A DNA stretch of 64,000 nt from Schizochytrium sp. TIO01 (lineage: Eukaryota; Protista; Bigyra: Labyrinthulomycetes). The translations under genes were made by a program, and so were the position numbers. The notes beneath the pieces are model-generated. The model was given only the letters and a program-made list of their open reading frames with translations, was not told the origin of the DNA and ran no database searches. Positions 52,601-63,929 of this stretch are shown piece after piece; position 1 is the first letter of the stretch, and each line of letters starts with the position of its first letter. The DNA is taken from positions 1,984,001 through 2,048,000 of the forward strand of contig SMSO01000034.1 of NCBI GenBank assembly GCA_004764695.1, in the 5' to 3' direction.

Positions 52601-54300
52601 CACTTAAACAGAAAGAGAAGGTTTTTCTTGATAAGCAACTCTCCGCTCTACTTATAAAGATAGACACAACGAGAGTAGGAAGTAAGACTCACAAAATCCC
52701 AGTCCCGAAAATGAAGACATGTCCCTACGACGACATAGAAGCACCGGCAACGTATAAGGCAATGAGACAACTACCAAGGGCTATACAATTATTATGGATT
52801 GAAGCAATGAATGGTGAATGTAGAAATCTTGCACGTGCCGGAGTGCTGGAACGCGTACATCTGGACACAGTACCAGAAGGACTATCTCCTATGGGAACAA
52901 GATGGGTATTTACAAAGAAGCCGTCACCATCGAACATATTAAAAGCTAGAGTTGTAGTTCAAGGCTATGACGAGAAAGTTGAAAATATATACGATATCTA
53001 CTCGCCAACTGTTAATGTAGTAAGCATTCGTGTAGCAACGATTATTGCACTTACAAAAGGATATGATGCAATCACAGTTGACGTAACAGCTGCGTTTCTG
53101 GAAGCACACATACCAGATGATGAATTTTTGTACATTCGTGGCATAGAAGGGGTCGAACTGAAAGAAGGCTATTGTTTCAGACTTCGCAAGAGTCTTTATG
53201 GTCTCAAAAGTGCACCTCGCCGATGGATGGATCATCTGACTGCGGTTCTAGAAAACTATGGACTGAAACGATCTATAACTGATGCATCACTCTTTATAGG
53301 TGAAGACTTACTCATGACTATTCATGTCGATGACATGCGAATCTTTGGAACACCCTCAGCAATTAATTCTATAGTTGAGGAACTACAGGCAAATGTAGGC
53401 ATTAAAGTGAACCGAGACCAGAAGTGTCATTATCTTAGTGATACACATGTATACATGAAATCACGAAAGACTTGTACTATCAGTCAAAGAGAGTACTGTA
53501 AAAAGGCTCTTAGACGCTGTAAGATGGATCAATGTAATCCAGTCAAAACTCCGTCCATTCTCAAAGAGTTGAGTGTACATACTGAAGATTCAGTGAATGA
53601 GAATTATCGTTCTCTGGTAGGAACACTTATGTACCTGCACAAAACTCGTCCTGATATGGCCTACACGCTGCACCAGCTAGCAAGTCATGGACAAAAGAAT
53701 GGTAAAGAGCACATGACTGCACTTAAACATGCATTCCGTTATGTACAATACACAAAGGCACTGCCACTTACCCTAAAAGGTGTTAAGTCGGTGAAAGATC
53801 TGGAACTTCAGGTATACACTGATGCATCATTCAACAAGAAGAATGACAAGCTACGCCGTAGTGTTTCAGGATACGTTATAATGTTAAATAACAGTGCTGT
53901 ACTATGGAAGACAGCTAAACAGGCTACAGTAGCAAAGAGTGCATATGAGGCTGAACTAATAGCAGCAGTTGCAGGAGTTCTTTATGGGGAATTCATTAGA
54001 CAATTGCTAGCTGATATGAGCATCCATATTGACGTAATACAGCTATTTGTTGACAATCAACCATTGGTCAAACGAGTTAAGAAAGAAGATGTCAATAGTG
54101 AGTCAGGATACCTGGCAGTACAACTTGCTGTACTAATTCACAGAAGACAAAATCAAACACTCAAAATTCATCATGTCAAAGGTACGGATAATATAGCTGA
54201 TCTATTAACCAAACCACTTGCACTCCAATCACATTGGAAACATGCGAGTCGTATTCTCAATGCAATAGGACCTGCCAAGCAGTTTGCGGGGGTGTATTGA
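49633..54300 (+). CDS. Copia polyprotein (partial Gag with two CCHC knuckles, protease, integrase, RT, RNase H), 1555 aa
   Basis: CFRCGLWNHSAENC, CSICNETGHKNTKC, IMDSGCNLH, LHLKLGH..CIDC, DVMGP..IRTDG..NPAEGINR, VDVTAAFL, KSLYGLKSAPRRW, IHVDDM, YTDASF..AELIA..VDNQ..NIADLLTK. Stop codon lies inside the 3' LTR. True start uncertain. Confidence 0.93.
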   Translation: MLLSLPLRKVNPKVETMLKQEGHLIEQQILQYAKQHNSTAASADYNGMDALQANVFRPRRFKQRLSQSNRSSQSHRLGGRRNPHTSKESCFRCGLWNHSAENCKYTTMKCSICNETGHKNTKCPQRNKSLHKESREHAKKRKRYQAKNHNKTLNVTLGHDSYDSDDESCISMNLAGALRVCRVNTDPTKPNQKSEGIIMDSGCNLHVTPHLELLKNYKTINTMSMKDAQGESVHIVGKGTLELQLRTDSNRIVPMEITAYHAPDLDHTLISTMRLTKCGYSVHHEQNHHYMKTPHGEIIILQKQSNLPMLIPVRALTATALAIRATKGLDKTNRDWLELHLKLGHASKQRMASSLGISASHINYRCIDCKIANFERLPVTKGPHKPYANAPRQAATADVMGPFNVPGLPQRFRYAITYRDLYSDFASVYYMRSTEEVVLTLDKFRKQWLKDTNNPHVTIRTDGATYFKGGSFASRIKDLKWTHQFSAPHSHATNPAEGINRVLMNGLRSHLKTASLGRKYWSFALSHTVHIRNRTASSRNVLSPYERHFGVAPDNSKFHIFGAPCVYKKFPVPPKLDDRGDIGYFLGYARNYTHGTYHVLTKKGKIIQSREVIVYDDAITENVRNRIETPDLDITTDEIQHWAYEDANKQIEGENFQVTPEATPKTRPLVDSQLQIVTPRPISTNSPQDSINKNNSPQGSRNKTNSPQDSINKNNSPQDSTNKNNSPQGSRNKTNSPQGSNGKDHSMADETPQDGARQASDKTSQDDVQTVTDKTSQDDAQHEPRIQISPRSLQQSIRTDPLAVGGTTREAKDAFGVESLAVGGTTREAKDAFGVEHFAVGGTTREVKDTFGVRTTREANDALGELTTREANDAFGDRRNNVSKDNTTDIRMEDHNDSHSEPESGEDHILDNHNDSQSDSDTAQDLANNSQHSRDDRRRSKRVRKQVVPLNVDYSAKGAASKHRYYAQSLKRSRMEGKNDNNLADSKSVTLKQKEKVFLDKQLSALLIKIDTTRVGSKTHKIPVPKMKTCPYDDIEAPATYKAMRQLPRAIQLLWIEAMNGECRNLARAGVLERVHLDTVPEGLSPMGTRWVFTKKPSPSNILKARVVVQGYDEKVENIYDIYSPTVNVVSIRVATIIALTKGYDAITVDVTAAFLEAHIPDDEFLYIRGIEGVELKEGYCFRLRKSLYGLKSAPRRWMDHLTAVLENYGLKRSITDASLFIGEDLLMTIHVDDMRIFGTPSAINSIVEELQANVGIKVNRDQKCHYLSDTHVYMKSRKTCTISQREYCKKALRRCKMDQCNPVKTPSILKELSVHTEDSVNENYRSLVGTLMYLHKTRPDMAYTLHQLASHGQKNGKEHMTALKHAFRYVQYTKALPLTLKGVKSVKDLELQVYTDASFNKKNDKLRRSVSGYVIMLNNSAVLWKTAKQATVAKSAYEAELIAAVAGVLYGEFIRQLLADMSIHIDVIQLFVDNQPLVKRVKKEDVNSESGYLAVQLAVLIHRRQNQTLKIHHVKGTDNIADLLTKPLALQSHWKHASRILNAIGPAKQFAGVY
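51682..52262 (+). repeat. In-frame minisatellites in the IN-RT linker: 30-bp unit x~6 (NSPQDSINKN) and 48-bp unit x~3 plus partial copies (AVGGTTREAKDAFGVE)
   Basis: Visible in both DNA and translation. Confidence 0.85.
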
Positions 54301-54489
54301 AGTATAACAGCTAGGTGTGTACTCTGGTGTGTATGGGAACACCAAGTAGGATGTACATAAGCCAAAACCCTAAACCTAAGACAATGAAGACCTTGTCAGC
54401 AGTTCCTGAATGTTAATGCTAACTATTCTTTTCCTTCATCTCTCTACCTACGCTATCTCTTGGTGATCGCCTCACGCTAACTTGCAATA
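54295..54489 (+). repeat. 3' LTR
   Basis: Identical to the 5' LTR; followed by TSD CTTTC. Confidence 0.95.
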
Positions 54490-56028
54490 CTTTCATATTG
54501 AATGTGCATAACTCAAAACAATTACTTTCGTCGTTAACTTGTGAAGCAGACTAGTATGTGGAGTCGTCCAAGCAATGGAGGTCGTGAAAGGAAAAGAAGA
54601 AGGAAGGCAAGGCATTCACGGTAAGGCTCTGCTCTCCCGGACAATTTATACGACGGGCGTCCACCTCATGAAGAGTGCCCACACTACTGGGCGTCAGATG
54701 CCCGGTGGATTGAATGCCGTACGCAGCTCTTACATCTTTATCCCTTGATATAGGGCGATAGAAGCTGCGCTAAAAAAGAGATTGCTTATTGAGTTTATCG
54801 AAAAAGTAATCAGAGTAGACCAGAAATGAGGCGTTAAAGTGCAGCAAACTTTGCTAGGGATATTCCCATGATACTTTTGACTGCTCGAGCTTTTGAGTCA
54901 TTACACGCTTCTTCTTCTTCTAGCTACTTTCTTATTTGAACACAGTCTATATCAGGTTACTTTACCAGAATACAGAATCTCAGATTCGCTAAATATAGCT
55001 ATTGCATATTAGCTTCTGCAATGGACCGCACAGAGGTAGTCTGACAAGAGCACGAGCTTTAGTAAGGTGGTCAGTGAGACCTGATGAAGAGAGTGAAAGG
55101 GAAAGAATATTATTGAGTTTATTGAGCTTGTAGACACAGACAAGCTCAATACATAGATTTCGCGTCAAAGGGCTCAGTTAGTTTAGATTCGGGTAATACA
55201 CCTGGATAGATATGGCTTTGGTAATAAATGAGGCCTGAAACAGCATTCTGTTTTGAACGCACAACAACGCACAACAACGCCATCCTTGTTGGAGAATGGC
55301 CCCATACTCTCGTCGTCAATTACTTTGCAACAGGTTATTAGTTATTAAATCACATGTGTCATTAAATATTTTGTCTGGCAGCTATAGAAAAGCAGAAAAC
55401 AATGGTCAAGCTTCCCCATAGACGTTGTTGCAAAAGCTGTTTCATTTTCATAATTTATCGAGCCTTCTCAAACTTGTAGAGGTCGACCTGAGTAAACTAT
55501 GAACTTAAAGAAGCTGAAACTTGAGTCATCCGAATATGACAACCGACATTTTCGGATGGGGATCTGAGGAACTTGAAAACGGATTCCAAACTCACATTCC
55601 AAACTCCAAAATACGTATAAAGAATTATGCACTTATAAGGCATTATTTAACGTAAGGGTGGATTTATTTTATCCATGCAATGAACCCTCAAGCACTTTAT
55701 TCTAAATGCAACCTACTACGGAGTTTTGAGCAATACGGCAACTTTTCACTTCACATCTTGAAAATCACTGATTGCCACATGCACGTTCACTAGTCGTGTC
55801 TTGTGCTCTAACCTCTTTCAAAATATTGTCTCTGACTCTTACGGCGTTTAATTTATTCGCTTCGTAAATTGTCAATATCAGTATTCAATCAAAATGTTTC
55901 CATCACCTACACGCTCTATATTATGATAATTAATATTTTCTAGCACATTCATAATCCTATGAATCTATAAAATAGTAATATTCTTCACATAGTTAAATAT
56001 ACAGCAACAAGGTTTAATAAAGAATAAA

Positions 56029-59000
56029 CTATTTAGAACTATTTTTATTCAAAATATAAGGGCCTAGACATCCCAATGCTCCACGAAAGGCAACGTTTGC
56101 AGCTTCCAGCAAATCAAGCTCTACTTTCTGCGCAACAAGATAGTCCTCTTTCGGACTCAGCTCACCAAAGCTGTTAGCAGGCCAAGCTTGTGTAAGAAGA
56201 CTACGCTTCACTGAAAACGGCAGACTAAATACATTGTTTATAACATGTATACAACGAAGCTCACGAGATATCTGTTCAAGCATTTTCCTTCTTGCCTTTG
56301 CAGAACAAATTTGCTTATTCAATTCGAGCTCCTTGTACATTTCATCCGTCAACCCATCGGACATTCTAAGGATCAGTAAAAACCAAATGACATCAACTCC
56401 GTTCGTCAGTTAACAATTTCACGTCATCAAAAGGCACCCACAGTATTGCCAGTACAGTTTCATTTATTCTCTGATATTATCATGTTCTTTGTTACATCCA
56501 CAATCAACCCAACAAACAATGCCGCAACAAACTTGCAATGACGCGAAGAAAAACATAGGCAAAACAACACCGATCCACCCACCAAACAACAAACCAAGCA
56601 TCATGTACAAACAAGTCCACCAGCTGCGGTGTTGCGTAGACAACTTACTTGAGTGATGTCAGCGACCGGTTCTCTTTCAGCGACGCAGCCACTGCCTTGG
56701 CGCCCTCTGAGCCGATATCGTTGCCAGCAAGACTGTCGATTTGATTGAATGATGGCAAGCAATACATTACATTGCAATGCATTACATTGGATACATGCAT
56801 GGACGTGAGTGATCTTTGGTTGGCTTTCAGCATTTATCTTTGTTGTGTTGTCATTTTGCTCTTTGTTCGATGGATGTATACTCACTCAAACAGACAACTC
56901 ATCCATCCATCAAACAAACAAGCGATTGCATAAACTTGCAAAACAACACCGACCCACCCACCAAACAACAAACCAAGCATCATCTACAACCAAGTCCACG
57001 AGCTGCGGTGTTGCGTAGACAACTTACTTAAGTGATGTCAGAGACAGGTTCTCTTTCAGCGCCGCAGCCACTGCCTTGGCGCCCTCTGAGCCGATCTGGT
57101 TGCGTTCAAGACTGTCGATTTGATTGAATGATGGCAAGCAATACATTACACATTAAATATTACAATAGATGCACGCATGCATGCATGGACGTGAGTGATC
57201 TAGGTTGGCTTTCAACATTTATCTTTGTTGTGTTGTCATTTTGCTCTTTGTTCGATGGATGTATACTCACTCAAACAGACAACCCATCCATCCATCAAAC
57301 AAACAAGCGATTGCATAAACTTGCAAAACAACACCGACCCACCCACCAAACAACAAACCAAGCATCATGTACAAACAAGTCCACGAGCTGCGGTGTTGAG
57401 TAGACAACTTACGTTAGTGATGTCAGCGACCGGTTCTCTTTCAGCGCCGCAGCCACGGCCTTGGCGCCCTCGTCGCCGATTTCGTTGCCTTCAAGACTGT
57501 CGATTTGATTGAATGAAGGCAAGCAATACATTACACGTTACATATTACAATAGATGCACGCATCCATGCATGGACGTGAGTGATCTAGGTTGGCTTGCAG
57601 CATTTATCTTTGTTGTGTTGTCATTTTGCTCTTTGTTCGATGGATGTATACTCACTCAAACAGACAACTCATCCATCCATCACACAAACCAGCCATTGCA
57701 TAAACGTGCAAAACAACACCGACCCACCCACCAAACAACAAACCAAGCATCATGTACAAACAAAAAGTCCACGAGCTGCGGTGTTCCGTACACAACTTAC
57801 CGAAGTGATATCAGAGACCGGTTCTCTTTCAGCGCCGCAGCCACTGCCTTGGCGCCCCCTGAGCCGATTTCGTTGCGTTCAAGACTGTCGATTTGATTGA
57901 ATGATGGCAAGCAATACATTACACGTTACATATTACAATAAATGCACGCATGTATGCATGGACGTGAGTGATCTAGGTTGGCTTTTAGGATTTCCTCTTT
58001 GTTGTGTTGTCATTTTGCTCTTTGTTCGATGGATGTATACTCACTCAAACAGACAACTCATCCATCCATCAAACAAACAAACAAACAAACAAACAAACAA
58101 ACAAACAAACAAACAAACAAACAAACAAACAAACAAACAAACAAACAAACAAACAAACAAACAAACAAACAAACAAACAAACAAACAAACAAACAAACAA
58201 ACAAACAAACAAACAAACAAACAAACAAACAAACAAACAAACAAACAAACAAGCGATTGCATAAACTTGCAAAACAACACCGACCCACCCACCAAACGAC
58301 AAACCAAGCATCATGTACAAACAAGTCCATGAGCTGCGGTGTTGCGTAGACAACTTACTCAAGTGATATCAGCGACCGGTTTTCTTTCAGCGCCGCAGCC
58401 ACTGCCTTGGCGCCCCCTGAGCCGATTTCGTTGCGTTCAAGACTGTCGATTTGATTGAATGATGGCAAGCAATACATTACACGTTACATATTACAATAAA
58501 TGCACGCATGTATGCATGGACGTGAGTGATCTAGGTTGGCTTTTAGGATTTCCTCTTTGTTGTGTTGTCATTTTGCTCTTTGTTCGATGGATGTATACTC
58601 ACCCAAACAGACAACCCATCCATCCATCAAACAAACAAGCGATTGCATAAACTTGCAAAACAACACCGACCCACCCACCAAACAACAAACCAACCATCAT
58701 GTAAAAACAAGTCCAAGAGCTGCGGTGTTGCGTAGACAACTTACGATAGTGATGTCAGCGACCGGTTCTCTTTCAGCGCCGCAGCCACTGCCTTGGCGCC
58801 CTCGTCGCCGATATCGTTGCCCCAAAGACTGTCGATTTGATTGAATGATGGCAAGCAATACATTACACGTTACATATTACAATAGATGGATGCATGCATG
58901 CATGCATGGACGTGAGTGATCTAGGTTGGTTTTCAGGATTTATCTTTGTTGTGTTGTCATTTTGCTCTTTGTTCGATGGATGTATACTCACTCAAACAGA

Positions 59001-62000
59001 CAACTCATCCATCCATCAAACAAACAAGCCATTGCATAAACTTGTAAAACAACACCGACCCACCCACCAAACAACAAACCAACCATCATGTACAAACAAG
59101 TCCACGAGCTGCGGTAATGCTAAGACAACTTACTCAAGTGATGTCAGCGACCGATTCTCTTTCAGCGCCGCACCCACTGCCTTGGCGCCCTCTGAGCCGA
59201 TGCTGTTGCTTTGAAGACTGTTGATTTGATTGAATGATGGCAAGCAATAATTTACATTGCATGAGATGCACGCATGCATGCATGGACGTGAGTAATCTAG
59301 GTTGGCTTTCAGGATTTCATCTTTGCTGTATTGTCATTTTGCTCTTTGTTCGATGGATGTATACTCACTCAAACAGACAACTCATCCATCCATCAAACAA
59401 ACAAGCCATTGCATAAACTTGCAAAACAACACCGACCCACCCACCAAACAACAAACCAACCATCATGTACAAACAAGTCCAAGAGCTGCGGTGTTGCGTA
59501 GACAACTTACGATAGTGATGTCAGCGACCGGTTCTCTTTCAGCGCCACAGCCACTGCCTTGGCACCCTCTGGGCCGATATAGTTCCATTGAAGACTGTCG
59601 ATTTGATTGAATGATGGCAAGCAATACATTACACATTACATATTACAATAGATGGATGCATGCATGCATGCATGGACGTGAGTGATCTAGGTTGGTTTTC
59701 AGGATTTATCTTTGTTGTGTTGTCATTTTGCTCTTTGTTCGATGGATGTATACTCACTCAAACAGACAACCCATCCATCCATCAAACAAACAAGCGATTG
59801 CATAAACTTGCAAAACAACACCGACCCACCCACCAAACAACAAATCAAGCAACATGTACAAACAAGTCCATGAGCTGCGGTGTTTCGTAGAAAACTTACA
59901 ATAGTGATGTCAGCGACCGGTTCTCTTTCAGCGCCGCACCCACTGCCTTGGCGCCCTCTGAGCCGATCTGGTTGCGTTCAAGACTGTCGATTTGATTGAA
60001 TGATGGCAAGCAATACATTACACGTTACATATTACAATAAGTGCACGCATGCATGCATGGACGTGAGTGATCTAGGTTGACTTTCAGCATTTATCTTTGC
60101 TGTGTTGTCATTTTGCTCTTTGTTCGATGGATGTATACTCACTCAAACAGACAACTCATCCATCCATCAAACAAACAAGAGATTGCATAAACTTGCAAAA
60201 CAACACCGACCCACCCACCAAACAACAAATCAAGCAACATGTACAAACAAGTCCATGAGCTGCGGTGTTTCGTAGAAAACTTACAATAGTGATGTCAGCG
60301 ACCGGTTCTCTTTCAGCGCCGCACCCACTGCCTTGGCGCCCTCGTCGCCGATATTGTTCTCCCGAAGACTGTCGATTTGAGTGAATGATGGCAAGCAATA
60401 CAATACACGTTACATATTACAATAGATGCACGCATGCATGCATGGACGTGAGTGATCTAGGTTGGCTATCAGCATTTATCTTTGTTGTGTTGTCATTTTG
60501 CTCTTTGTTCGATGGAGGTACACTCACTCAAACAGACACCTCATCTATCCATCAACAAACAAGACATTGCATAAACTTGCAAAACAACACCGACCCACCC
60601 ACCAAACAACAAACCAACCATCATGTACAAACAAGTCAACGAGCTGCCGTGTTGCGTAGACAACTTACTTGAGTGATGTCAGCGACCGATTCTCTTTCAG
60701 CGCCGCAGCCACTGCCTTCGCGCCCTCTGAGCCGATATCATTCTCTGAAAGACTGTCGATTTGATTGAATGATGGCAAGCAATACATTACACGTTACATA
60801 TTACAATAGATGCACGCATGCATGCATGGACGTGAGTGATCTAGATTGGCTTCCAGGATTTATCTTTGTTGTGTTGTCATTTTGCTCTTTGTTCGATGGA
60901 GGTACACTCACTCAAACAGACACCTCATCTATCCATCAACAAACAAGACATTGCATAAACTTGCAAAACAACACCGACCCACCCACCAAACAACAAACCA
61001 ACCATCATGTACAAACAAGTCAACGAACTGCCGTGTTGCGTAGACAACTTACTTGAGTGATGTCAGCGACCGGTTCTCTTTCAGCGCCGCAGCCACTGCC
61101 TTCGCGCCCTCTGAGCCGATATCATTCTCTGAAAGACTGTCGATTTGATTGAATGATGGCAAGCAATACATTACACGTTACATATTACAATAGATGCACG
61201 CATGCATGCATGGACGTGAGTGATCTAGATTGGCTTCCAGGATTTATCTTTGTTGTGTTGTCATTTTGCTCTTTGTTCGATGGATGTGTACTCACTCAAA
61301 CAGACAACTTATCCATCTATCCATCGAACAACCAACCAAACGAACAAACAAACAAGCGATTGCATAAACTTGCAAAACAACACCGACCCACCCACCAAAC
61401 AACAAACCAAGCATCATCTACAACCAAGTCCACGAGCTGCGGTGTTGCGTAGACAACTTACTCAAGTGATATCAGCGACCGGTTCTCTTTCAGCGCCGCA
61501 GCCACTGCCTTGGCGCCCTCTGAGCCGATGCAGGTGTTTCTAAGACTGTCGATTTGATTGAATGATGGCAAGCAATACATTACACGTTACATATTACAAT
61601 AGATGCACGCATGCATGCATGGACGTGAGTGATCTAGGTTGGCTTTCAGCATTTATCTTTGTTGTGTTGTCATTTTGCTCTTTGTCCGATGGATGTATAC
61701 TAACTCAAACAGACAACTCATCCATCCATCCATCCATCCATCCATCAAACAAACAAACATGCGATTGCATAAACTTGCAAAACAACACCGACCCACCCAC
61801 CAAACAACAAACCAAGCATCATGTACAAACAAGTCCACGAGCTGCGGTGTTGCGTAGATAACTTACTCAAGTGATGTCAGCGACCGGTTCTCTTTCAGCG
61901 CCGCAGCCACTGCCTTGGCGCCCTCGTCGCCGATGTAGGTGTTTCTAAGACTGTCGATTTGATTGAATGATGGCAAGCAATACATTACACGTTACATATT

Positions 62001-63929
62001 ACAATAGATGCACGCACGCATACATGGACGTGAGTGATCTAGGTTGGCTTTCAGCATTTATCTTTGTTGTGTTGTCATTTTGCTCTTTGTCCGATGGATA
62101 TATACTCACTCAAACAAACAACTCATCCATCCATCAAACAAACAAGCGATTGCATAAACTTGCTTGCCAAAACAATCCCGACCCACCCACCAAACAACAA
62201 ACCAAGCATCATGTATAAACAAGTCCACGAGCTGCGCTGTTGCGTAGACAACTTACGATAGTGATGTCAGCGACCGGTTCTCTTTCAGCGCCGCAGCCAC
62301 TGCCTTGGCGCCCTCATCGCCGATATCGTTGCCTCCAAGACTGTCGATTTGATTGAATGATGGCAAGCAATACATTACACGTTATATATTACAATATAAG
62401 CACGCATGCACGCATGGACGTGAGTGATCTAGGTTGGCTTTCAGGATTTATCTTTGTTGTGTTGTCATTTTGCTCTTTGTTCGATGGTTGTATACTCACT
62501 CAAACAGACAACCCATCCATCCATGAAACAAACAAGAGATTGCATAAACTTGCAAAACAACACCGACCCACCCACCAAACAACAAACCAACCATCATCTA
62601 CAAACAAGGCCACGAGCTGCGGTGTTGCGTAGACAACTTACTTGAGTGATGTCAGCGACCGGTTCTCTTTCAGCGCCGCAACCACTGCCTTGGCGCCCTC
62701 TGAGCCGATATCGTTGACCGAAAGACTGTCGATTTGATTGAATGATGGCAAGCGATACATTACACGTTACATATTACAATAGATGAACGCATGCATGCAT
62801 GGACGTGAGTGATCTAGGTTGGCTTTCAGGATTTCATCTTTATTGTGTTGTCATTTAGCTGTATGTTCGATGGATGTATACTCACTCAAACAGACAACTT
62901 ATCCATCCATCCATCCATCCATCCATCCATCCATCCATCCATCCATCCATCAAACAAACAAAGAAGCAATTGCATAAACTTGCAAAACAACACCGACCCA
63001 CCCACCAAACAACAAACCAACCATCATCTACAAACAAGGCCACGAGCTGTGGTGTTGCGTAGACAACTAACTTACTCAAGTGATGTCAGCGACCGGTTCT
63101 CTTTCAGCGCCGCAGCCACTGCCTTGGAGCCCTCGTCGCCGATATAGTTGCCTTCAAGACTGTCGATTTGATTGAATGATGGCGAGCAATACATTACACG
63201 TTACATATTACAATAGATGCACGCATGCATGCATGGACGTGAGTGATCTAGGTTGGCTTGCAGCATTTATCTTTGTTGTGTTGTCATTTTGCTCTTTGTT
63301 CGATGGATATATATTCACTCAAACAGACAACCCATCCATCCATCAAACAAACAAGCGATTGCATAAACTTGCAAAACAATACCGACCCACCCACCAAACA
63401 ACAAACCAAGCATCATGTATAAACAAGTCCATGAGCTGCGGTGTTGCGTAGACAACTTACGATAGTGATGTTAGCGACCGGTTCTCTTTCAGCGCCGCAG
63501 CCACTGCCTTGGCGCCCTCTGAGCCGATTTTGTTCCACGAAAGACTGTCGATTTGATTGAATGATGACGAGCAATATATTACACGTTACATATTACAATA
63601 GATGCACGCATGCATGCATGGACGTGAGTGATCTAGGTTGGCTTTCAGCATTTATCTTTGTTGTGTTGTCATTTTGCTCTTTGTTCGATGGATGTATACT
63701 CACTCAAACAGACAACCCATCCATCCATCAAACAAACAAGCGATTGCATAAACTTGCAAAACAACACCGACCCACCCACCAAACAACAAACCAAGCATCA
63801 TGTACAAATAAGTCCACGAGCTGCGGTGTTGCGTAGACAACTTACTCAAGTGATGTCAGCGACCGGTTCTCTTTCAGCGCCGCAGCCACTGCCTTGGCGC
63901 CCTCTGAGCCGATCTGGTTGCGTTCAAGA
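56029..63929 (-). CDS. LRR gene C (5'-partial): at least 19 one-repeat LRR exons plus terminal RELRCIH domain exon
   Basis: 84-nt exons at 63846-63929, 63461-63544, 63076-63159, 62642-62725, 62257-62340, 61867-61950, 61462-61545, 61053-61136, 60669-60752, 60285-60368, 59900-59983, 59511-59594, 59134-59217, 58745-58828, 58359-58442, 57801-57884, 57413-57496, 57028-57111, 56649-56732. Each reads GACAG|T-LxxNxIG(S/D)[21 protein letters not shown]|GTAAGT with no stops. Terminal exon 56365-56029 follows TACTGATCCTTAG in matching phase 2. Confidence 0.9.

Larger units (their letters stand above)
49159..54489 (+). mobile_element. Ty1/copia LTR retrotransposon (5331 bp), recent insertion
   Basis: Identical 195-bp LTRs (49159-49353, 54295-54489); 5-bp TSD CTTTC (49154-49158, 54490-54494); PBS GGTTATGGGCCCA directly after the 5' LTR; G-rich PPT GCGGGGGTG before the 3' LTR; domain order PR-IN-RT-RH. 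Confidence 0.97.
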
